A DNA stretch of 16,587 nt from Sulfurimonadaceae bacterium (lineage in GTDB: Bacteria > Campylobacterota > Campylobacteria > Campylobacterales > Sulfurimonadaceae), in NCBI GenBank assembly GCA_041562555.1, contig JBFEXS010000044.1, positions 1-16,587 of the forward strand. The letters are read 5' to 3'. Below the pieces are notes generated by a model. It was not told the DNA's origin. It was given only the letters and a program-made list of their open reading frames with translations, and made no database searches. Of this stretch, positions 9,751 to 16,587 are shown in pieces (position 1 is the stretch's first letter; every line of letters begins with the position of its first letter). The position numbers and the translations under genes are program-made.

Positions 9751-10434
9751 ATGATACAAGAAGCCCATAACGCATACAATTCAGGAGACTTTGACAAAGC
9801 CTTTAAACTCTATACGACTTTAGCTGAAGCGGGTGACGGAGCAGCTCAGGCAAGCCTTGGCTATATGTTCCAAAACGGTCAGGGTACACGTGAAGATATT
9901 GATAAGGCGGCACATTGGTATCAGCAATCTGCCAACCAGGAACACCCTCTTGCCATGTATAATATTGCCGTACTGATGATGCATGGAAAAGGTGTTGCCC
10001 ATGATATGTTTAAAGCCCATGAGTACTTTTTACAAGCAGCGATAAAAGAGGTCCCCCAAGCCCAATATGAGACAGCAATGATGTTTGAAAAAGGTTTGGG
10101 TTGTACTCAGAATTTTTCCGAGGCCGCTTTTTGGTATGAGGAGGCAGCTAAACGCGGGAACATGGAAGCCTTCAATAATCTAGGTGTTCTTTACAAAGAA
10201 GGGCATGGCGTACCTATGGATTATCAAAAAGCTTTCTATCTCTTTACCAGAGCGGCTGAGGCCAATGTCCCTACAGCCCAATATAATCTCGGACAGATGT
10301 ATGATCAGGGGCATGGTTGTGAAGCAGACCAGGACAAGGCACTGGAATGGTGTCGTAAAGCAGCCTATTCAGGGCACGAGAAGGCACAAAAGATCATCGC
10401 ACAACTTCAAGCCGATGGAAAGATCGTCTTCTGA
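9751..10434 (+). CDS. Sel1-like repeat protein
   Basis: Five complete 36-aa repeats of the AQxxLGxMYxxGxGxxxDxxKAxxWxxxAA type plus partial flanking repeats; no signal peptide. Confidence 0.92.
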   Translation: MIQEAHNAYNSGDFDKAFKLYTTLAEAGDGAAQASLGYMFQNGQGTREDIDKAAHWYQQSANQEHPLAMYNIAVLMMHGKGVAHDMFKAHEYFLQAAIKEVPQAQYETAMMFEKGLGCTQNFSEAAFWYEEAAKRGNMEAFNNLGVLYKEGHGVPMDYQKAFYLFTRAAEANVPTAQYNLGQMYDQGHGCEADQDKALEWCRKAAYSGHEKAQKIIAQLQADGKIVF

Positions 10435-11357
10435 TGCGTTTTCATGATTTTCTTAAAGCAGTAGGAACCGGTCCCAAAGGCAATCGCCACCTCAGCAGAG
10501 AAGAGATGAAAGAAGCCATGGGAATGATGCTTGACGGCACTGCCATACCCGAACAGACTGCAGCTTTTTTACTGGGCTGGCGGGTTCAGGGTGAAGACCT
10601 GGATGAACTGCTTGGGGCTATCGATGCGATGCATGCGCGTATTCAACAAACACCCATTAAAAAAAGCCTTGAAATCGGATATCCCCTTGATGGTAAAATC
10701 AAATCGGCACCGGTAATGCTGCTTGCTGCCAAACTTATCCCAAAGATCCCCCTCGTCATCCATGGAGACAGAGCCCAGCCTTCCAAATTGGGATTTAATC
10801 CTAAAGACTTCCATGAGAATATGAAACTTCCTTCGAATATCAACTATTTTGATAGAGCAAACTTTTTCCCGGAGCTTTCCAAGCTTACGGATTTAAGACG
10901 TTCCCTTGGGCTGCGCTCTGCTTTCAATACCATTGAAAAGCTTCATAATGTCGCCGATAGTGATTATGCACTGATCGGGATGCATCATCTTCCCTACTTT
11001 GATCTTTATAAAGAGCTTTACGGTCCAAAATATAAACGGCTCATAATCGTCAAAGGGAGTGAAGGTACACCGGAGATCCTCAAGAAGAGCAAGATCCTTG
11101 TCGTTGAAGGCGGGCATTCCCACTCTCTACCGATCGATCCGGAATATTTCGGGCTCAAGCCATTTCCTTCCGACAAAGAGATGAGTCTGCAGGAGATGAT
11201 TGATCAGCTTGAAAACCCAAGTGAGGAGATGCTTGGATATGCACGACTCAATGCAGCACTTTTGATGTATGCAGCCGATCAAACAACAAGCATCGAAGAG
11301 GGCTTTGCCTCCTTGCAAGCAAATTATGATAAACTGATCAAAAAGCATTTGGGATAA
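10434..11357 (+). CDS. YbiB-like / anthranilate phosphoribosyltransferase-fold protein (glycosyltransferase family 3)
   Basis: FLKAVGTGPKGNRHLSREE, QTAAFLLGWRVQGE, LRRSLGLRSAFNTIEKL, GMHHLPY, KGSEGTPE match the YbiB branch. The TrpD PRPP-binding GTGGD motif is absent. Start overlaps the Sel1 stop (TGATG). Confidence 0.8.
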   Translation: MRFHDFLKAVGTGPKGNRHLSREEMKEAMGMMLDGTAIPEQTAAFLLGWRVQGEDLDELLGAIDAMHARIQQTPIKKSLEIGYPLDGKIKSAPVMLLAAKLIPKIPLVIHGDRAQPSKLGFNPKDFHENMKLPSNINYFDRANFFPELSKLTDLRRSLGLRSAFNTIEKLHNVADSDYALIGMHHLPYFDLYKELYGPKYKRLIIVKGSEGTPEILKKSKILVVEGGHSHSLPIDPEYFGLKPFPSDKEMSLQEMIDQLENPSEEMLGYARLNAALLMYAADQTTSIEEGFASLQANYDKLIKKHLG

Positions 11358-11360
11358 GTC

Positions 11361-11975
11361 ATGTTCACAGGTTTGATACGCGAGATGGCAACTGTTCAAA
11401 GCTACGCCAACAATGAACTCACCCTGCAAGCGGATTACACTCCAAAGATAGGGGACTCAATCGCTATCAATGGGGCCTGTCTTACGGTGATCAGGCTTTT
11501 TCCCAACGGTTTTTCCGTTGAACTCTCCCCCGAAACGCAAACACATATCGCCACTGACAATCTAAAAGGCAAGGTACATATGGAGCCCGCCATGGCTATG
11601 GGAGATCGGTTTGAAGGGCATATTGTACAGGGACATATCGATTGCATCGGTGAGATCACTCAGATCCGGGACAATGGGAACTCTATAGATTTCTATCTCA
11701 GTATACCTCAGGATCAACGCCGTTTTCTTGTTCCCAAGGGTTCTGTTACCGTCGATGGGGTAAGCCTTACGATCAACGAAGTTACTGCAGAAGGGTTTCG
11801 ACTCACTATTATTCCCCATACTCTTAAAGAGAGTCTCTTTGGCGTCTATAAGATAGGACACAGGGTAAATATTGAAACGGACATGTTTGCCCGTTATATT
11901 TATCATCTCTTTAATCCTGAGCAGAAACAATCCCTCACATGGGATGATGTTTCCAAGATATCTGCCCTCTATTAG
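11361..11975 (+). CDS. ribE: Riboflavin synthase (alpha chain; ribC in E. coli nomenclature)
   Basis: Diagnostic N-terminal MFTGLI, GDSIAINGACLTV, GHIVQGHID, KGSVTVDGVSLT, VNIETD. Confidence 0.96.
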   Translation: MFTGLIREMATVQSYANNELTLQADYTPKIGDSIAINGACLTVIRLFPNGFSVELSPETQTHIATDNLKGKVHMEPAMAMGDRFEGHIVQGHIDCIGEITQIRDNGNSIDFYLSIPQDQRRFLVPKGSVTVDGVSLTINEVTAEGFRLTIIPHTLKESLFGVYKIGHRVNIETDMFARYIYHLFNPEQKQSLTWDDVSKISALY

Positions 11976-11983
11976 GTACTAAT

Positions 11984-12259
11984 ATGCGGCATTCTGAGCA
12001 AGGACTTAAAGCTGCTGCACTCAAATATGACAGTGATCAGAATGCCTCACCCGAACTTCTTGCCAAAGGCCGGGGTGAGGTTGCCCAAAAGATTTTAAAA
12101 CTGGCCAAAGAGCATGACATCTCCGTCTTTCAAAATAAAGCACTCGTAGATTCTTTGTTGGAACTGGACGTCCATGAAGAGATTCCGCCCAGACTTTACC
12201 AGGCAGTCGCCGAACTTTTTTCGTGGCTGATCCGTACTGAGAATCGTAACCTTGACTAG
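11984..12259 (+). CDS. FlhB C-terminal-like (FlhX/HP1575-type) small protein
   Basis: AAALKYD...PELLAKGRGEVAQKILKLAKEHDI..LVDSL...EIPPRLYQAVAELF corresponds to the FlhB C-terminal fragment; no TM region and no NPTH cleavage motif. Confidence 0.88.
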   Translation: MRHSEQGLKAAALKYDSDQNASPELLAKGRGEVAQKILKLAKEHDISVFQNKALVDSLLELDVHEEIPPRLYQAVAELFSWLIRTENRNLD

Positions 12260-12272
12260 AGGCAGTTTGATA

Positions 12273-14144
12273 TCAGTATTTCAAACAGTTTCGTCCCGCT
12301 TCTTTAGCCAAATAGAGTTGTACGTCGGAAGCTTTATACATCTCATTGGAACTCATTGACGCTTCACCCGGTTCATGGATAACAAGTCCTCCGGAGACGG
12401 TAACGATGTAATAGTTCTCATTATATTTATGCTCTATTTTGAGAGCGGCAATGGAATCAATCACCTTCTGTGCGAATCCGATAACCTTGTTTTTTGTCTC
12501 ACCGGTAAATATGACGAGGAACTCTTCACCCCCCATGCGGAATACAAAGTCATCAGGCCTTTCCAGTACCGAAGTAAACCTATTGGCGACTTGCATTAAT
12601 ACCTGATCACCTTGTTGATGTCCATAATTGTCATTGTAGCGCTTAAAGTTGTCGATATCCAGGATAAAATATCCAAAACAGACCTGATTCCGTTGTGCAC
12701 GCTTGATTTCATTTTCAATGATCTGTGCATAGTAGCGTCGGTTGTAAAGACCAGTAAGCTCATCTGTGATCGATAGTTTTTGTACCTTTTCCATCATCAC
12801 TTCGAGGTCACGTGTACGTTCATAGACCTGTTGTTCAAGTGAATGACTCAGTTCTTCCAGCTCTTTTTTAGCAGTAATGATATTACGGATAGCACTGTAC
12901 CCGACGATATTCCCCTTTCTGTCAAACTCCGGAGTGACAAACACCTCTACCCAATAATCGCTACCGTCTTTTCGTTGGTTTTTGATCTCCCCTGACCACT
13001 CCTTGCCAGACTGGATCGTCTCCCACATCTGCTTGTACACTTCTTTTGGCATATCTACATGACGGACTATATTATGGGGCTTTCCGATAAGCTCTTCCAG
13101 CGTATAACCCGAGATCTCACAAAACGCTGTACTGGCATAGATGATAAGCCCTTTTTTGTCTGTCTCCGAAGCAATAACATGCCTGTCAAACTTACTGATA
13201 AGTTTTTTGACTTCACGATTGGCATTTTCGAGTTCAATAACCTTCTCCTGAAGATCAATATTAAGTAAACAGACCTTCTCATGCAATGCACTCTCTCTGT
13301 AGTTATTGTAGAGCAATAACAGCAATAATAACAATATGACCGAATTCATGACATAAAAGTTAAACTGGTTATCTTGATCTCTATCTTCGAAATCCTCGAG
13401 TAATAACTTATACATCTGATCAATGGTAGTACCAATCAAAAGAGCATTATGTGCCTTTTGCAATGCCTCCATCAACTCTTGTCCTTCTACAAGGACATTG
13501 ACATGTTTTTCCATAGCCCTGGTTAAGCCTAATAATTGTTTATCATCCTTAAACTCTTTTTTTAAGATCTCAATCTGTTCAATTAAGGACCTTTTATCAG
13601 ACAGACGATCATAACTGATCAGCGCGACCATCAATGCAATCTCATCCAGGACTTCTTCAGAAAAATGCTCTTTTTTACTTGTACCTTTTTGTCGTATCTT
13701 TTTCTTTATATGACCGTGCATATCATAAAGAACACGCGTTGAGTTGATAGTCAAACCGTTCCAGGATTTATAACGTTCAATATAGGTCTGAGACTCTTTA
13801 AAACTGCTATCAAGTCTTTCATATAATGCAGCAAACTCCTTACGGCCATTATCCGTATCGACTAAAGCATGCTCTTTGAGCAGGAGTAAAACGTTAGTAA
13901 ACTCGCGGGTATCCCCGGTAATAGCATCAAAACTCTGATGATTAACATTCTTCTCAAACAGCCCGTCGATTTTTTGATGTATGGTCTTTAGATTTTTAAG
14001 CTCATGCAGCAAGCCATACTCTCGGTTCATCTCATTTTTGTTGCTGATTATATAGAAGACTTCCATAATGACTAAAAATAAAAGAAGTAGTAAAAGTTTA
14101 TTGACACCCGTTCTCTTACAAACTCTTTGTTCTGCTCTACTCAT
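12273..14144 (-). CDS. Membrane diguanylate cyclase: TM-periplasmic helical (DAHL-like) domain-TM-PAS-GGDEF
   Basis: TM at about aa17-33 and 261-279; periplasmic region with IERYKSWNGLTINS; PAS GKPHNIVRHVDMP..MW..KNQRKDGSDYWV; GGDEF domain with TDELTGLYNRR, DIDNFKRYNDNYGHQQGD, I-site RPDD and active site GGEEF. Confidence 0.92.
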   Translation of the reverse strand: MSRAEQRVCKRTGVNKLLLLLLFLVIMEVFYIISNKNEMNREYGLLHELKNLKTIHQKIDGLFEKNVNHQSFDAITGDTREFTNVLLLLKEHALVDTDNGRKEFAALYERLDSSFKESQTYIERYKSWNGLTINSTRVLYDMHGHIKKKIRQKGTSKKEHFSEEVLDEIALMVALISYDRLSDKRSLIEQIEILKKEFKDDKQLLGLTRAMEKHVNVLVEGQELMEALQKAHNALLIGTTIDQMYKLLLEDFEDRDQDNQFNFYVMNSVILLLLLLLLYNNYRESALHEKVCLLNIDLQEKVIELENANREVKKLISKFDRHVIASETDKKGLIIYASTAFCEISGYTLEELIGKPHNIVRHVDMPKEVYKQMWETIQSGKEWSGEIKNQRKDGSDYWVEVFVTPEFDRKGNIVGYSAIRNIITAKKELEELSHSLEQQVYERTRDLEVMMEKVQKLSITDELTGLYNRRYYAQIIENEIKRAQRNQVCFGYFILDIDNFKRYNDNYGHQQGDQVLMQVANRFTSVLERPDDFVFRMGGEEFLVIFTGETKNKVIGFAQKVIDSIAALKIEHKYNENYYIVTVSGGLVIHEPGEASMSSNEMYKASDVQLYLAKEAGRNCLKY

Positions 14145-15051
14145 GGATTTCGCCCGTCAATGTTTTTAAGAACAAAAGAATTTTTTCTATCTCATCCTCT
14201 TCCAGCATCCGCCCTAACTGGACATCTACCATTATCTCCACCGCTTCTTTAAGCGTTGCTGCACTACCGTCATGAAAATAAGGGGCTGTCTTCTCCACAT
14301 TGCGAAGACTTGGTACCTTGAAGTAGTATTTGTCGAATTCCTTCTTTGTCACATTGTAACGACCAAGGTCTTCTGAATTACTTGGAAGGTTCCCAAAAAC
14401 ACCGATCTTCTGATAGAGTGTCCCACCTATGTTGATACCATTATGGCACGCTACACACCCTTTTGTCTTAAAAAGTCTCAGACCCTCTTTTTCCTCGGAG
14501 TTCAGGGCCTTTTCATCCCCTTCCAAATAACGATCGAATCTCGAATTTGGTGTGACCAGACTCTTCCCGAATTCAGCCAGGGCATCCGCGATATTTGCAG
14601 CTGTTATGCCATCATCGTAAAGACGCCCAAAATACCTGGTATATTTCTTCTCTTTACCAAGTTTTTCAATGACACGTTCCATGCTCTCATTCATCTCAAT
14701 AGGATTGACAATTGGTTCAAGAGCCTGTTCCTTCAGATCCTTGGCCCGTCCATCCCAAAACTGAGAAAAGTTATACACCGCATTCCATACCGTCGGAGTA
14801 TTACGCTTACCCATTGCTCCGTCTACGCCAAAAGACTTTTGAAGATTATCCACACCGTAATTAACTAAGGGATGACAGGTGGCACACGAGATACTCTTAT
14901 CCCTGGAAAGTAACGGGTCGTGAAACAGCGATCGGCCTAACGCCGCTTTCTCAGAATCTACCTGCACATTCTCAGGCAAAGCTTCAAACAGGTTTTCGTC
15001 AGCCAAAACCGCCACGGTAAACAGCACAATAGAAATGATAATCTTACCCAT
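14137..15051 (-). CDS. Di-heme cytochrome c peroxidase family (CcpA/MauG superfamily) periplasmic protein
   Basis: Signal peptide; LGRSLFHDPLLS, SCATCH, NTPTVWN, QFWDGRA, NPIEM, GCVACHNG, FKVPSLRNV, TAPYFHDG; SD AGGAGG at 15064-15059. Confidence 0.94.
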   Translation of the reverse strand: MGKIIISIVLFTVAVLADENLFEALPENVQVDSEKAALGRSLFHDPLLSRDKSISCATCHPLVNYGVDNLQKSFGVDGAMGKRNTPTVWNAVYNFSQFWDGRAKDLKEQALEPIVNPIEMNESMERVIEKLGKEKKYTRYFGRLYDDGITAANIADALAEFGKSLVTPNSRFDRYLEGDEKALNSEEKEGLRLFKTKGCVACHNGINIGGTLYQKIGVFGNLPSNSEDLGRYNVTKKEFDKYYFKVPSLRNVEKTAPYFHDGSAATLKEAVEIMVDVQLGRMLEEDEIEKILLFLKTLTGEIHE

Positions 15052-15058
15052 GTTTCAA

Positions 15059-15080
15059 CCTCCTGCTTTTAACTATTGTA
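15059..15080 (-). promoter_or_regulatory. Probable -10 box (TACAAT) and strong RBS (AGGAGG) for the peroxidase-cyclase pair
   Basis: Minus strand CAGTACAATAGTTAAAAGCAGGAGGTTGAAACATG; TACAAT at 15080-15075. Confidence 0.5.
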
Positions 15081-15104
15081 CTGTTTTTTAAAGATATTTG
15101 AAAA

Positions 15105-15854
15105 TCAATTCTCATCACGCAAGGCCTTTGTATCAGGGTTACAACGCATCTTATGTTCTACATCCACCTTCTCATAAGGCAATGGCGACTTTGAAGCGAG
15201 TGTGGCATTTCTGAAGCCTTCCCCCTTGTGTAAAAAGACCTTTAAACCATTCTTATACAGGGCGATACGTGTTGCCAACGCCGTCGAATAGGTCGTCAAA
15301 ATTGCATCCTCTTTCATCAAGGCAGCGATATCGCCGAAATATTCACGCGTCCACAACATCGGGTTAGCAGAGGGAGAGAATGCATCCTGATACACCACAT
15401 CAAACTTAATGTCTGTCTCCCTGACAAAGACCCGGGCATCCCCCAAGTAGATATTGATGTCAATATTTTGTGTGCGGTAATGCTGCTTTTGTGATAGTGA
15501 TTGTATCACCTCGGTTAATTCATGGAACTCTTCAGGATAGGTAAAATGTGTCAAAGAACGGACCAGATCCGCATCAAACTCAGGAGAATATATCCTCACT
15601 CTTTTGTCACTTCCCTTGAGAGCATATAGGGTTGCCAGGGTGTTAAAACCCAAACCAAAGCATATATCTAGGATCGTGATCTCTTCCTTGTCCTGGCAAT
15701 GTTTAAGTGCCGGTAAAACATGCTTGGACATCGACTCATGCAAAGCCCCGTCTTTGGTAGAATGGTAGTGCTCATTAAATGTTTTTGAGTAGGCCGTATA
15801 TGAGCCGTCTTTACTTTTTACAGCTTGATGTTCCTGGGTGTTAAAACTGTGCAT
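15105..15854 (-). CDS. mnmD: Stand-alone MnmD/MnmC2-type tRNA (mnm5s2U34) SAM-dependent methyltransferase
   Basis: DGSYTAYS..FNEHYHS..GALHES, ILDICFGLGFNTL, GDAR, YQDAFSPSANPMLWT, LTTYS; no FAD-oxidase (MnmC1) domain. Confidence 0.85.
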   Translation of the reverse strand: MHSFNTQEHQAVKSKDGSYTAYSKTFNEHYHSTKDGALHESMSKHVLPALKHCQDKEEITILDICFGLGFNTLATLYALKGSDKRVRIYSPEFDADLVRSLTHFTYPEEFHELTEVIQSLSQKQHYRTQNIDINIYLGDARVFVRETDIKFDVVYQDAFSPSANPMLWTREYFGDIAALMKEDAILTTYSTALATRIALYKNGLKVFLHKGEGFRNATLASKSPLPYEKVDVEHKMRCNPDTKALRDEN

Positions 15855-15952
15855 ATCCCCACTTTTCTATAGTCATACTCTCAAATTGAGTATCGCACAG
15901 GTACAGACAGACCTGTTCTCACGTTCGTATTGTTTTCTTTAACTGATCCAGA

Positions 15953-16558
15953 CTAATCTTTGATCTGTCTGTTTTGCCTGCGCAGCTCTTGTAACTTATC
16001 GTAGATAGTGTCATCATGAGCATAGATCCTAAAACGGACATAAGGTTCTAGGATATCGTAAACCAACTCTTGATCCGCCCAACACTGTCTTCCAAAAGCA
16101 TGCGTAAATATGCCAATGATCTTCCCTTGTAAGAAAGGACAGCCCCAACGTTCTTCATCCGGTAACTCTTTTTGCATGGAGAGCTCCCAGGGATTTCGCA
16201 CAATCACCTCTGCATTCGTAGTCTCAGCATCCATATAAGGCAACTCAAAAAGTCCCCATCCCGCAGCACTTACGGCTTTTCCCCAAAGTAAAAACCCCTC
16301 TTCAAAATTATCCGAAAACTGGGTTACCATCGCATGATAGTCCTCTTCTGTCCCCAAGCTCGATGAATGTGCTACAAGTAGATTGAAAAGCTCTCTGCCC
16401 AACTCTTGTTCCAAGGGTTGTAAAAGATGCAGTAAAGAAGGGTTGTTCCAAAAAAGTGTAGATGGGATACCGAAAAAACGCAGATCGACCGTCTGCGTGT
16501 TCCAGGAGATCCCTACACCATTAACACTAATTGACTTTTGATGTTCATTTACTCCCAT
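15953..16558 (-). CDS. Hypothetical protein, probable V4R/XylR-A-like ligand-binding domain with short C-terminal helix
   Basis: 201-aa ORF with SD AAAGGA; pattern AGWGLFE...VRNPWE...GCPFLQGKIIGIF..AFG resembles V4R-type sensor domains. The ORF is well supported; the fold assignment is from memory. Confidence 0.6.
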   Translation of the reverse strand: MGVNEHQKSISVNGVGISWNTQTVDLRFFGIPSTLFWNNPSLLHLLQPLEQELGRELFNLLVAHSSSLGTEEDYHAMVTQFSDNFEEGFLLWGKAVSAAGWGLFELPYMDAETTNAEVIVRNPWELSMQKELPDEERWGCPFLQGKIIGIFTHAFGRQCWADQELVYDILEPYVRFRIYAHDDTIYDKLQELRRQNRQIKD

Positions 16559-16587
16559 AAGATTCCTTTGGGTAAAGATATCAATAA

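Noticed and set aside
9751..10434. 108-nt periodicity as a DNA repeat array or CRISPR
   Set aside because: It is explained by degenerate Sel1 protein repeats; there are no identical nucleotide repeats with spacers.
11361..11975. Functional link between riboflavin synthase and the nearby flavin-type PAS, or an FMN riboswitch
   Set aside because: The genes are on opposite strands in different operons, and ribE starts 3 nt after the upstream stop, leaving no room for a riboswitch.
14443..14868. 141-aa ORF antisense to the peroxidase gene, representative of the other 60-120 aa nested ORFs
   Set aside because: Fully nested in confident genes, with no motifs or convincing RBS.
15884..15955. Possible readthrough or frameshift extension of the V4R-like ORF
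   Set aside because: Readthrough gives 23 unremarkable residues; the alternative frames give ISLDQLKKTIRT* or stop sooner. No output domain is recovered.

Overview
Gene-dense chromosomal window from a Campylobacterota (Epsilonproteobacteria) bacterium, probably a free-living Sulfurimonas/Sulfurovum-like organism. This is inferred from the csrA-ispE-smpB order, mnmG next to petABC with a di-heme cytochrome c1, and an AHQWRQPL-type histidine kinase. Left to right: 3' end of csrA, ispE, smpB, a PhyH-family dioxygenase, a CidA/LrgB pair (+); petCBA and mnmG (-); a sensor-less REC-histidine kinase, a Sel1-repeat protein, a YbiB/TrpD-like protein, riboflavin synthase, a FlhB C-terminal-like protein (+); a membrane DAHL-like/PAS/GGDEF diguanylate cyclase overlapping a di-heme cytochrome c peroxidase-family gene, a stand-alone MnmD methyltransferase and a stand-alone V4R-like protein (-). 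No rRNA, tRNA, CRISPR array or transposase was seen. The best candidate for an under-described system is the peroxidase + DAHL-like receptor pair. It mirrors the C. jejuni docA/docB (Tlp10) pairing but has a c-di-GMP output, suggesting a modular periplasmic heme-protein/receptor redox-sensing system. All calls are by motif recognition only; no database searches were run.
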